A DNA stretch of 64,000 bases from Polyangiaceae bacterium (lineage in GTDB: Bacteria > Myxococcota_A > Polyangia > Polyangiales > Polyangiaceae), in the NCBI GenBank assembly GCA_044376115.1, contig JBILLK010000026.1:64001-128000 (forward strand), in the 5' to 3' direction. A program made the translations under genes and the position numbers. Below the pieces are notes generated by a model, which saw only the letters and a list, made by a program, of their open reading frames with translations, was not told where the DNA came from and searched no databases. Positions within the stretch are counted from its first letter, which is position 1. Each line of letters opens with the position of its first letter. This document shows, in pieces, positions 1 to 9,267 of the stretch.

Positions 1-1
1 G

Positions 2-784
2 AGCGACCCGACAGCGATCCGGCCATCGCGACTGATGGTGACCAGCGGAACGCCCGGCGCACAAGTCTCGGTCGACGACGGCGAGCCGCAACCCGCGCCC
101 TTCATCGGCATTCTGCCGGAGGGCGAGCACCAAATCACTGTCTCTGCCGAGGGCCACGTCAATGCGAACCGCACGGTCTCGCTGCAGCGTGGAGCCATCC
201 TCGCGATCGATCTTTCGCTCGATCTCTCCCCGGCCTTGATTGCGGTCCGCGCACTGGACGGCACGCACGTCTACGTCGACGGGAAGCTGCTCGGCATCAC
301 GCCGCTCAGCCCCTTCGAGGTGCAGCCAGGGCCGCACACCGTAGCCACAGCCCGACACGGCACGACCGCGTCGACCACACGCATCAACGCCCGAGCCGGC
401 AACACCGTCCGAGTCGAGAGCGAGCTCGCGCCCTCGGGGCAGCGGGTCACCGCGTGGGTCGTGCTGTCGGCCTCGTTCGCGTCGGCGACGGCGGGAGCGA
501 TCTTCCTCGGGCTCACGCTGTCCGAGCAATCCGCGGCGCAAGATCTTGCCGCCCTGCGCGAGACCCGCGCCCTCACCCCCGACGAAGCGAACGACTACAA
601 CGACGCTATCGATCGCCGCGAGATCTGGCGCGCCACCTCGACCGCCGCGCTGCTCGCATCGGGCCTCGGTGGCGCCGTCAGTGGCTTACTCTTTGGCCTC
701 GACGCACCCAACCCGAGCGACGCGCAAGGTGTTCCAAGTGTGACCGTCGGGGCCGGGTCGGTCGTAGTTACGTTCAGCTTCTAA
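2..784 (+). CDS. PEGA-domain protein with C-terminal hydrophobic helices (5' truncated by window edge)
   Basis: Frame open from window start; two PEGA-like repeats (PGAQVSVDD..GEHQITVSAEG; GTHVYVDGKLLGITPL..PGPHTV), two Gly/Ala-rich helices, ends VVVTFSF. Confidence 0.8.
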   Translation, partial: SDPTAIRPSRLMVTSGTPGAQVSVDDGEPQPAPFIGILPEGEHQITVSAEGHVNANRTVSLQRGAILAIDLSLDLSPALIAVRALDGTHVYVDGKLLGITPLSPFEVQPGPHTVATARHGTTASTTRINARAGNTVRVESELAPSGQRVTAWVVLSASFASATAGAIFLGLTLSEQSAAQDLAALRETRALTPDEANDYNDAIDRREIWRATSTAALLASGLGGAVSGLLFGLDAPNPSDAQGVPSVTVGAGSVVVTFSF

Positions 785-865
785 GCGAGGCTCGAAGGGA
801 TTGAGGCTGATGAATTGTCGAACGAGTCCAGCGCCCCTTGACCGAAGTAACGAGCTCCCGCTTCT

Positions 866-1354
866 ATGAGTCACGTGACGGAAACCGTTATCGGCGGGGC
901 GGGGGAACTCAGAGCGTTCCACCTTGGGGGGCTAACAGTTGCGCGCCAGGACGGAGCGCCAGGGCCGGAAGGTGTTCGAGCCTTATTCAACCTATGCACC
1001 AAGCGGTCGATTGAGCTCGACCGCCGCATCGTCTTGCTTGTGATCGCGAGCAATCCAACGTTGCCGGGTGAACAGGAACGTCGCGAGGTTCAAAGGATTT
1101 CTCCGATGCTGGCCGACCGAGTCGACACTCTCCACATCGCCCTGTTTCAAGAGGGGCTAGGAGCCATGCTCGCGCGAAGCAGCCTTCGTGCGCTGACCAT
1201 CGCGCTGCGGTCGCGCCTGCGCGTGGTGGTCCACGGGGACCTGCGCACAGCACTCCATACCGCCTCGCTCGAAGCGCACGTCGCCTACGACGAACTCATC
1301 TCGGCGGTGCAACGCAATGCCATCCTTTCGGACGTCGAGCTGCGCATCGTCTGA
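866..1354 (+). CDS. hypothetical protein, possibly STAS/SEC14-like alpha/beta fold
   Basis: 162-aa ORF with plausible composition; pattern LLVIA..P.LP..ERR..GLGA.LARS..RAL resembles a myxobacterial family as recalled; fold call weak. Confidence 0.5.
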   Translation: MSHVTETVIGGAGELRAFHLGGLTVARQDGAPGPEGVRALFNLCTKRSIELDRRIVLLVIASNPTLPGEQERREVQRISPMLADRVDTLHIALFQEGLGAMLARSSLRALTIALRSRLRVVVHGDLRTALHTASLEAHVAYDELISAVQRNAILSDVELRIV

Positions 1355-1476
1355 GTTTCCGTCTCGGCCGCGGCTCCCTCTCGGCCGCGATCCTTCCTAG
1401 CCCTTCACGAGTGCGGGCATGGTCTCGCGCCCTGGAAACGGCGCGTCGAGCGCGCGTTGCGTGTCTGTGCACCACC

Positions 1477-1509
1477 GGAGTCATTGCAACTTTCAGTTGC
1501 AATGACTCC
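1477..1509. promoter_or_regulatory. perfect 15-bp inverted repeat, putative operator upstream of dehalogenase gene
   Basis: GGAGTCATTGCAACT-ttc-AGTTGCAATGACTCC, AT-rich in a GC-rich context, 54 bp before ATG 1564. Confidence 0.65.
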
Positions 1510-1563
1510 ACGGCGAGCTATGACGTCCAAACGTCCGGTTCACGGGCGCGGAAGGACAGCGGC

Positions 1564-2820
1564 ATGAAACGACTTGGCTATGCGGGTTTGAGGGCAACTT
1601 GGTTGGTGAGCTTTACGCTCACGGCATTCGGGCTTGGAGGCTGCGAGGAAACTGCGGAGCCGACGAGCCAAGGAGGCAACGGCGGCGGCGGTGCGGGCAA
1701 CGGCGGCAACGGCGGCAACGGCGGCAGCGGCGCGGGCAACGGCGGCAGCGGTGGCAACGACGGTTCGTGTAGCCCCGACCTCGCGATTCAGACTTCGCAG
1801 TTGGGGACACCATTCGTTCGAACACCCGACGCGTGCTTCGTTGGGTTGCCCGATTGGGAGTTCGAGCCTCGTTACGTCGAGATCGACGGGCTCCGCCAGG
1901 GTTACATCGACGAGGGCCCGGCGAACGGGGAAGTCGTCCTCCTCCTTCATGGTCAGCCTACTTGGTCCTATCTCTACCGCTTCATGATTCCACCTCTTGT
2001 AGAGGCGGGTTATCGAGTGATCGCGATGGACCACATCGGCTTTGGGCGATCAGACAAGCCGACTGAACTAGATTTCTATTCGTTCCAAGGCCACACCGAG
2101 CGCCTCGAGGCCTTTCTCGACCAGTTAGACCTCGACGAGGTCACTCTTTTCGCGCAGGACTGGGGGAGCATCATCGGGTTGTACGTGGCGGCCGATAACC
2201 CTGATCGCTTCCGTCGCATCGTCATCGGAAACGGCGGACTTCCTCTCATAGAGAGCGAGATCCCTCTGCCCGCGGACATAGACGCCGCCGCGGCATCTTT
2301 CGGGGAGAACCTGGCACTCGTACCCGAACAACAGCCGGCATTCTTCGACGAGAACGGCAAGCCATTGCTTCCCGGCAGTGGCAATCCGGACGAGTTGTTT
2401 GGGGGGTGGATGGCTTACTGCCTCGAGGCTGAGGACTTCCGCGCTGGGAACTTCGTCGAGGCCATGACCTACTTCCCCCTCACGGACGAAGAGGAACGGG
2501 CGTACGACGCTCCGTTCCCAGGTCGCATCGCGATGGCCGGCGCGCGTACCTTTCCGAGTCTGCGCAACCAACTCGTTGGTCTGACCGAGTCGCGACTCGA
2601 AGTGCTAAAGACCTACCAGCGCCCGTTTCTCACTATCTTCGGCGGCAACGATCCGGGGCTTGCCGGCGACGGCGACGGACAACCCTGGATGATCGAAAAC
2701 ATCCCTGGCGCAGCGGGGCAGCCTCACGAGCGGTTGCCCAATGCGAGTCACTTCCTACAGGACGATTTAGGGCCCGAGATTGGGGCAAGCCTCGTCGCTT
2801 TCCTCGAGGCGAATCCGTGA
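1564..2820 (+). CDS. haloalkane dehalogenase family (HLD-I-like) alpha/beta hydrolase with lipoprotein signal and Gly-rich linker
   Basis: RTPDACF, LHGQPTWSYLYR, GFGRSDKP, nucleophile elbow QDWG, AYDAPFP, GGNDP acid, HFLQDD base; N-terminal LGGC lipobox then GGNGG repeats. Confidence 0.88.
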   Translation: MKRLGYAGLRATWLVSFTLTAFGLGGCEETAEPTSQGGNGGGGAGNGGNGGNGGSGAGNGGSGGNDGSCSPDLAIQTSQLGTPFVRTPDACFVGLPDWEFEPRYVEIDGLRQGYIDEGPANGEVVLLLHGQPTWSYLYRFMIPPLVEAGYRVIAMDHIGFGRSDKPTELDFYSFQGHTERLEAFLDQLDLDEVTLFAQDWGSIIGLYVAADNPDRFRRIVIGNGGLPLIESEIPLPADIDAAAASFGENLALVPEQQPAFFDENGKPLLPGSGNPDELFGGWMAYCLEAEDFRAGNFVEAMTYFPLTDEEERAYDAPFPGRIAMAGARTFPSLRNQLVGLTESRLEVLKTYQRPFLTIFGGNDPGLAGDGDGQPWMIENIPGAAGQPHERLPNASHFLQDDLGPEIGASLVAFLEANP

Positions 2821-2916
2821 GCCCATAGCCTAACCTGGAGTCTCAGTGCGAGTCGCGACACACGCTGAAACACCGCGGTGATGCGGCTGAGACCTCGCTC
2901 GCGCGACGCTCCGCGG

Positions 2917-3939
2917 ATGAACCGCAACCGCTTTACCTCCTCGCTCATCGCACTCACGCTGAGCCTCGCTTGCGCCAGCGAGGCGGTGGAGACGAGCACG
3001 GGCGGTGGCGCTACCACGTCCACTGGCGGCGCACCCACGTCAAACGGTGGTGGTGGAGCGGGAGCGGAGGCCGGCAGCAGCGCGCAGGGAGGCGGGTTAG
3101 CCGGCACCGGCGGCTCCGGTGGCTCCGCAGCCTGCGACGACCCAGCGACCCCCTGCTTCGATCAAAGCTGCCTCGACGCAGGTGAGCCTTACATCGATCC
3201 AACGTTGCTCGGCGCTCCCTGTGGCGAGGCGATCTGCGGCGTCGACGCGGTCGGACGCTGTCTCGATGAGTCGTTCGTTCCCGCTGAGCAACTCGCGCTG
3301 TTCGAAGCTTGTTCGGAGGGGAAGGTGTGCGTACCCGATCGACTGATCGCGACGAACGGCAACCCGGAGCCGCAACCATGCAGCTCAATCGCTGGGGCCG
3401 AAGGTCGCTGCCTCTCGCGCTGCCTGCCCGACGTTCAGGCGCAAGAGGCCTCAGCAGGCTTACCGGCCGACGTGTGCAGCCCGGGCGACGTCTGCGTGCC
3501 TTGCTTCAATCCGCTCGACGGCAGCGACACCGGGGCCTGCCGCATCGGCGCTCGCGGATGCGACGCGCCGATCGAACCGCCCGTCGAGTTCCTCGCCTGT
3601 TGTGCCGACAAAGGTGGCGGGCGTTGCATCCCCTTGACGCTCGCGGGTCCCACCGCCGCCGACTCTCTCGACGCCGAGGAGTGCACGGCGCTCGGCGCCG
3701 CTGACTCGGTCTGCGTTCCCACCGTACTACTCGACGCGCAGGCCGCGGGCGCAACGGTGTACGAGCCGCCCGTGTGCAACACCCTGCTCAGCGGGGAAGG
3801 CCGTTGTCTACCGACCTGCATCCCCGACGCCGATTCCTTCCTCTTCGGCAACGGCGACTGCGAAAGTGACACCGACAACTGCGTCCCTTGCGAGCTACTC
3901 GGTCAAGACACGGGCAGCTGCGCGCCGATCGAGCTGTGA
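2917..3939 (+). CDS. Cys-rich lipoprotein of unknown function (paralog of 19593-20618)
   Basis: SLAC lipobox, Gly-rich linker, repeated GRCL..C.P / C.PC motifs. Confidence 0.8.
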   Translation: MNRNRFTSSLIALTLSLACASEAVETSTGGGATTSTGGAPTSNGGGGAGAEAGSSAQGGGLAGTGGSGGSAACDDPATPCFDQSCLDAGEPYIDPTLLGAPCGEAICGVDAVGRCLDESFVPAEQLALFEACSEGKVCVPDRLIATNGNPEPQPCSSIAGAEGRCLSRCLPDVQAQEASAGLPADVCSPGDVCVPCFNPLDGSDTGACRIGARGCDAPIEPPVEFLACCADKGGGRCIPLTLAGPTAADSLDAEECTALGAADSVCVPTVLLDAQAAGATVYEPPVCNTLLSGEGRCLPTCIPDADSFLFGNGDCESDTDNCVPCELLGQDTGSCAPIEL

Positions 3940-4142
3940 GTCACAGCCCGAAGTACGTCTCCACGCTGCACTCCGAAGGTGGCGAACAGCGCCGTAGGTC
4001 CAAGCGCTGTACGTTACCTTGTTATCTACCCAGCGCCTCAGCCAGCTTTCGATGCGCGAGCGAGCTCGACCCGCTTCGTGCGCAGCTTCGACGAGATCGC
4101 GCTGGATGAAAGCGATGCGGCGCCCGCGTAAGCAACACGGCC

Positions 4143-5144
4143 TCAGCGCGCGAGCAGGACGATCTTTCCGTGGACGCCCCCGGCCTCAAGCATCTGCTGG
4201 GCGCGCACGCCCTCCAGGAGGTCGAGCCGTGCCGCGATCGAGGGCTTGATGCGGCGCTGACGGAGCAGCTCAAACAGCTTGATTAGGTCTTCCCGGAACG
4301 GGACCTTCGTCTCACGGTAGAGCTTGGTGATCCCGTAGAAGTTCGCGCGTCTCCCGCGCAGAGGCGCGCCTACGAACAAGGCGATGAAGCCTGGAATCGC
4401 GGCCAGCGTCGTCCGTGCCGCCATGAAGCCGTAGCTCACGACCACACCACCACGGCGCGTGGCGCGCACACAGGCGCGCGTACCGCTGCCACCGAGCCCA
4501 TCGAAGGCGGCGTCCACGCCGTCGGGTAGGAGTTCGCGGACCTGCTCGTCGAGCGGCCTTGCGCGCGACTCGATCGGCCTCGCCCCGTAGGACTCGACGG
4601 TGGCTGCGTGGGCGCGTGACGCGGAACCAATCGAGCTGGCGCCGTGGTCGCGCAGGAGCTCGAGCAAGGCCACTCCGACTCCGCCGTTGGCGCCGGTCAC
4701 TAGCGCCGAGGCCCCGGGGGGCAGCTTGGCGGCGCGGTGGATCGCTTGGTACGCCGTGACGTAGTTGAGCACGAGCGCGACGACCTCCGCGTCGTCCAGG
4801 CCGTCGGGCACCGGGACGAACTCGTCCTCCTCGCGCACGAGGTACTCACCCCAGCCGCCATGCACGGTGAGCCCGCACACGCGCTGCCCCACCGAGAGCT
4901 CGCGCACCTCGGCGCCGACGGCGTCAATCACGCCCACGACCTCGTAGCCCTGCACAAACGGGAACGGGGGCCGGAATGGGTAGTAGCCCGTACGCATCGT
5001 GATGTCGGTGAAGCCCGCGCCAGACGCGGTGACCTTGATGCGGACCTGGCGGGGCCCGGGCTCGAGCAGGGGTAGCTCGCGCAGTTCGAGCTGCTCGAGG
5101 CCGCCCATACCTTTGAGGACGATGGCTCGGTAGGTTTTCGACAT
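4143..5144 (-). CDS. medium-chain dehydrogenase/reductase (quinone oxidoreductase-like, Zn-free)
   Basis: GYEVVGVIDAVG, YVTAYQ, TGANGGVG nucleotide-binding motif, terminal GKIVL. Confidence 0.92.
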   Translation of the reverse strand: MSKTYRAIVLKGMGGLEQLELRELPLLEPGPRQVRIKVTASGAGFTDITMRTGYYPFRPPFPFVQGYEVVGVIDAVGAEVRELSVGQRVCGLTVHGGWGEYLVREEDEFVPVPDGLDDAEVVALVLNYVTAYQAIHRAAKLPPGASALVTGANGGVGVALLELLRDHGASSIGSASRAHAATVESYGARPIESRARPLDEQVRELLPDGVDAAFDGLGGSGTRACVRATRRGGVVVSYGFMAARTTLAAIPGFIALFVGAPLRGRRANFYGITKLYRETKVPFREDLIKLFELLRQRRIKPSIAARLDLLEGVRAQQMLEAGGVHGKIVLLAR

Positions 5145-5180
5145 AGGGAGAGCGTGGCCCTCGAGCGGCGGGTCGTAAAG

Positions 5181-5215
5181 ATGCGCGATCGCACATCAGA
5201 TGTGCAAGGATGCAC
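5181..5215. promoter_or_regulatory. overlapping palindromes in the divergent MDR/LysR promoter region, putative LysR-binding site
   Basis: GCACATC-a-GATGTGC (5191-5205) and GTGCA-agga-TGCAC (5202-5215) between divergent starts. Confidence 0.5.
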
Positions 5216-5216
5216 T

Positions 5217-6113
5217 ATGGCAGCAAGCGTGGATCCTCAGGCGGTCAGCTGGCGCGATCTCGAGGTGCTCCTCGGCCTTTTGCGCGCCCGCACCGCCAGA
5301 GAAGCGGGAGAGCGGCTGGGCGTGGATCGCACGACGGTCACGCGCCACGTCGCGGCGCTCGAGCGACGGCTCGGCACCGCGCTGTTCGTGCGGACGCGTG
5401 ACGGCCTGCAGCCAACCGCCGCCGCCGAGCGACTGCGGCCTGCCGCAGAGCGTATGGAACGCGAGGCCGCGACGATCGCGCAGCTCGCGCGGAGTGGCGC
5501 GGGTGAGATCGCTGGCAACGTCAGGCTCGCCACCACCGAGGCCCTCGCATCCTTGCTCGTCGCCGAGGGGTTACTCTCGCTCCGCGACGCACACCCGCAG
5601 CTCACGATCGAGCTCCTCGGGGGCAATCGTCCGCTGGATCTGCGCGCCGGAGAGGCAGACTTGGCGCTGCGCGTGGTCCCTTCGCGAGAGGCGACGCTCA
5701 AGGTACGCTGCATCGCGCGCTTGGGTGTCGGGCTGTTCGCTGCGCCCAGCTACCTCGCGCAACGCGGTCAGCCTCGCGGCCTCTCGCTGGCAGGGCACAA
5801 CGTCGTGCTGCCGAGCGGGGAGCTCGCGCGGTCGCCCGAGGCGGCCTGGCTCGGCGCTAGCAAGGGCCGCGTGGTGTTCCGCTCCAGCAGTATGCCCGCC
5901 TTGTTCGAGGCGGTCGCCGCCGGAGTGGGCATCGGGCTCTTCACGCTCCCATGGGGAGGGCGTGACCCGCGCATGCAGCTCCTCTCGGCGGTCGAGGCGC
6001 TCGGGAGGCGCGGCGTTTGGCTGGTCGCACCCTCTGAGGGCTCCTCCCGGCGTGAAGTGCGGCTGGTCGGGGACCGCGTCGCGGCGATCATGCGGCGAGT
6101 GAGCGGTCGCTGA
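5217..6113 (+). CDS. LysR-family transcriptional regulator
   Basis: HTH W.DL..L..AGERLGVDRTTVTRHVAALERRLGTALFVR, GEADLALR substrate-binding domain; divergent from MDR gene. Confidence 0.93.
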   Translation: MAASVDPQAVSWRDLEVLLGLLRARTAREAGERLGVDRTTVTRHVAALERRLGTALFVRTRDGLQPTAAAERLRPAAERMEREAATIAQLARSGAGEIAGNVRLATTEALASLLVAEGLLSLRDAHPQLTIELLGGNRPLDLRAGEADLALRVVPSREATLKVRCIARLGVGLFAAPSYLAQRGQPRGLSLAGHNVVLPSGELARSPEAAWLGASKGRVVFRSSSMPALFEAVAAGVGIGLFTLPWGGRDPRMQLLSAVEALGRRGVWLVAPSEGSSRREVRLVGDRVAAIMRRVSGR

Positions 6114-6183
6114 GTGCGTGCAGCGTGCGTGGGAGCCAGAACTAGAAACCCGCGAACAGCTCGGCTATGCGAAGAAGGTGCAA

Positions 6184-7068
6184 ATGCAGAGGCTGAGGTC
6201 GATCGTCTTCGGGCTCCTCGTCGCTCTGCTGCCCGGTCAAGCGCTCGCCGACGAAAGCACGCCAGAGAGCGCGAAAGCACCGCCGCCGACCGACGCGACG
6301 GCAGAATGTCTCGAATCCTTCGAGGCGGCGCAAAGCCTTCGAAAGGAAGGGAAGCTTCGCGCCGCGAGCGCCCAACTCGAGGTCTGCGCGCAGGTCGCAT
6401 GTCCGGAGATCGTTGCGGCCAAATGCACCGAGTGGCGGCAACAGGTCGCGCGTGCCCAACCTTCGATCGTCGTGGTGGCGAAGAGCGCCACCGGAGCGGA
6501 CCTGCTCGACGTCCAGATCCGAATCGACGGCGAGCCGGTTGCCTCGGAGAAGATGGGCCGGCCGTTCGACGTGGATGCAGGGCCACACGATGTCACCGTC
6601 GTCGATACGTCGGGCAAGGCCGTCAGCACTCGCATCGTCGTCGTCGAGGCGGAGCAGAGCCGCCGCGTCGAACTCAAGTTCCCGTCGCCTCCGGAGCCGA
6701 AGAAGCCACCGGCCAAGGTCGCGCTCGTGACTCGTTCAGACCTCGAGCGCGTTCATCCCGCCACATGGATCGCGTTCGGCGTAGGGCTAGCAGGCGCAGT
6801 CGCCGGGACCGTAACGGGTGTGATCGCGCTGGACCGCGCGTCCGAGCTCGAGACGCTGTGCGGTAGTACGAGCTGCGCCGAAGAGTACCGCGACGAATAC
6901 GACGCGGGAGCAACGATCGCCCATGCTTCGACGGCAAGCTTCGTGATTGCGGGCGTAGGGCTCGCCACCGGGTTCTTGCTGCTGCCGATCTTGTATGACG
7001 ATAGCGACCCGCCGGTTGCGCCGGTCGTTGGCCTTGGCTTCGTTGGCCTGCGAGGGACGTTTCGATGA
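6184..7068 (+). CDS. secreted TPR-like/PEGA-like protein with C-terminal hydrophobic helices
   Basis: Signal peptide ending ALA; helical Cys-containing N-domain; IRIDGEP..VDAGPHDVTV; two Gly-rich helices; ends FVGLRGTFR. Confidence 0.8.
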   Translation: MQRLRSIVFGLLVALLPGQALADESTPESAKAPPPTDATAECLESFEAAQSLRKEGKLRAASAQLEVCAQVACPEIVAAKCTEWRQQVARAQPSIVVVAKSATGADLLDVQIRIDGEPVASEKMGRPFDVDAGPHDVTVVDTSGKAVSTRIVVVEAEQSRRVELKFPSPPEPKKPPAKVALVTRSDLERVHPATWIAFGVGLAGAVAGTVTGVIALDRASELETLCGSTSCAEEYRDEYDAGATIAHASTASFVIAGVGLATGFLLLPILYDDSDPPVAPVVGLGFVGLRGTFR

Positions 7069-9251
7069 AGCGAACGCGGAAACACTGGATGAGGGGAGCC
7101 TTCGCCATCGGCTTGAGCGCCGTGATCGCGCCCGGGTGCTTTGACCTCGCCGGCTTCGACGACTTCACGTTCCGGCCCCCCCTCAACCTACGACTCAGCG
7201 GAAGCAAGCCGCCGGACAAACTCGACTTGCTGCTGGTGGTCGATAACTCGTTCGGGCTCGCCGACGTGCAAGCCGTGCTGTCGCAGACCTTCCTCGACTT
7301 CTTCGAACGCCTCGCCAATCCTCCCTGTCTCGACATCAACCGTAACCCTGTACCCGTAGCTGGTCCGCTCGAGGCGTGTCCGAGCGGAACGGCGCGCGAG
7401 TCACCGCCGCTGCTCGACATCCACGTCGGGATCATCACCTCGAGCCTCGGAGATCACGGGGGCGACGTCTGCGAATCGGCGAGCGGCGATACCAAAGCGC
7501 ACCTCGAGCGTGGTTCACCGGATCAGTCCTATGACGGCAAGGGCTTCCTGGTGTGGGATCCCAGCGAGGTCCTCATCCCGCCGGGGGACTCCCAGGTCGA
7601 AGTGCTCGTCGATCGCGTGAGTACGATCTTGGGCGGCCTGGACCAACAGGGCTGCGGCTACGAAGCCCCGCTCGAAGCCATGTATCGCTTCCTCAACGAT
7701 CCCAACCCGTACGAAACGCTCGTGGTGGATGGCGCAACGTCGAAGCTCGACGGTACGGATAGTGAAGTCCTAACGCAGCGCGCTGAGTTTCTGCGCCCGG
7801 ACTCGATCGTTGCCATCGTGCTCATAAGCGACGAGAACGACTGTTCGTTCGTCGACGGAGCTCAGTCCCACTTGCTCACGCGTGCTGGTCCTTTGTCGAG
7901 TGCATTCAACGCTCGTGCGGCTTGCGCGCTCTCCCCCGCTGACCCGTGCTGTACATCGTGTGCCCTGCCTCCGGGGGAAGGCTGCGACACCTCCAAGGAC
8001 GAGTGTGATGCACCCGTCGTCGCCCACCCCAACCTTCGTTGCTTCGATCAGAAGCGGCGCTTTGGCTTTGATTTTCTTTATCCCGTCGAGCGCTATGAAC
8101 GCGGGCTTACCTCGCCCACCGTGGAAGACAGAGACGGCAACGAAGTCCTCAATCCGCTCTTTGCGGGAGGGAGAGATCCGAATCTCGTGTTGCTAACTGC
8201 GCTGGTTGGCGTGCCGTGGCACGACATCGCGCGGCGCGACAAGGACTTGCAACCGGACCTTCTCGCGGGACTCGACGCCTCGGGCGAGCCGACGGGCGGA
8301 GTGCTCAACGCCGATGAGCTGGTGAAGCTCGGAGCGTGGGAGCTGATCGCGGGCGAGCCCACCAGCTACGTTCCGCCAGCGGATCCGTTCATGATTGAGT
8401 CGAGCGATCGGCGCGAGGGGAAGAACCCCATCACCGATACCGCCATCACGGGTCCAGAGGGTCCACAGAACGAGATCAACGGTTTCGACTTCGAGCAGGA
8501 GGAGCCAGCAGAGCCGTCCGCGCTCCAATACGCGTGCATCGCTCGTCTGCCGACCCCGATCCAGTCAAGCGAGTGTGCGTCCAACGTCGCCAATCCGATT
8601 TGCGTGGGCAACGATAGGGTCGCGCACGCTGCAAGCCCGGGCCTCCGGCAGCTCGAGCTAGTGCGTCGTCTCGGCCCGCGCGGCGCGGTGGGCTCGGTTT
8701 GTTGGGCCCAGGTCGATAACCCGGAAGCAGACGACTTCGGCTACCGACCGGCGCTGCTCGGATCGGCCCAGGGCGTTGGCGGCCTGGCCGGAGCCCTCCA
8801 GAACCAGCTTCGTGGCCAGAGCTGCGTTTCAGAGCAGCTCCCCGTGGACAGCAACGACAACGTGCAATGTGAGATCGTCGAAGCACTCGTCACCGTGCCG
8901 GGGGAGTGCAACTGCGAGGCTCCCGCGCGGCGGCGAAGTGGCGACGCAGACGCCGACACGATCGAACGCGCTCGTGCGGACGAGTTTGCCGACCCGAACT
9001 GGAACTGCTTCTGCTTCCTCCAGCAGGCGCAAGAGGGGCTCGACCGCCGAGCCTGCGAAAGCTACGTGAGCCAGCCGGTGGTCAACGAGTTCGGAGGGCC
9101 AGTCGACGCGTGGTGTTACGTCGACGCCACGACCAATCCTCCACTCGGAGAACCATCGCTCGTCTCCGCTTGCCCTGAGAAGCGGGCGGTGCGCTTCGTC
9201 GGCGACGCACTCCCACGCCCCCGCGCGACAGTCTTCATCGATTGCCCCTAA
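7065..9251 (+). CDS. Cys-rich lipoprotein with VWA-like domain (CglB-like family)
   Basis: APGC lipobox; DLLLVVDNS, IHVGIITS, GCGYEAPLEA, FLRPDS..ISDENDCS; ATGA overlap with upstream stop. Confidence 0.8.
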   Translation: MKRTRKHWMRGAFAIGLSAVIAPGCFDLAGFDDFTFRPPLNLRLSGSKPPDKLDLLLVVDNSFGLADVQAVLSQTFLDFFERLANPPCLDINRNPVPVAGPLEACPSGTARESPPLLDIHVGIITSSLGDHGGDVCESASGDTKAHLERGSPDQSYDGKGFLVWDPSEVLIPPGDSQVEVLVDRVSTILGGLDQQGCGYEAPLEAMYRFLNDPNPYETLVVDGATSKLDGTDSEVLTQRAEFLRPDSIVAIVLISDENDCSFVDGAQSHLLTRAGPLSSAFNARAACALSPADPCCTSCALPPGEGCDTSKDECDAPVVAHPNLRCFDQKRRFGFDFLYPVERYERGLTSPTVEDRDGNEVLNPLFAGGRDPNLVLLTALVGVPWHDIARRDKDLQPDLLAGLDASGEPTGGVLNADELVKLGAWELIAGEPTSYVPPADPFMIESSDRREGKNPITDTAITGPEGPQNEINGFDFEQEEPAEPSALQYACIARLPTPIQSSECASNVANPICVGNDRVAHAASPGLRQLELVRRLGPRGAVGSVCWAQVDNPEADDFGYRPALLGSAQGVGGLAGALQNQLRGQSCVSEQLPVDSNDNVQCEIVEALVTVPGECNCEAPARRRSGDADADTIERARADEFADPNWNCFCFLQQAQEGLDRRACESYVSQPVVNEFGGPVDAWCYVDATTNPPLGEPSLVSACPEKRAVRFVGDALPRPRATVFIDCP

Positions 9252-9267
9252 ACCCGAAAAGCGCCGA

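Noticed and set aside
1478..1508. Shared GAGTCAT/ATGACTC heptamer between this palindrome and the 14706-14771 insert ends
   Set aside because: Only 7 bp and in opposite arrangement; likely chance
2828..2880. Integron attC site starting GCCTAAC
   Set aside because: No matching GTTAGGC/GTTRRRY arm and no integrase
3940..4142. Possible ~50-codon ORF or gene remnant ending at 4131
   Set aside because: No convincing start, RBS or recognisable motif
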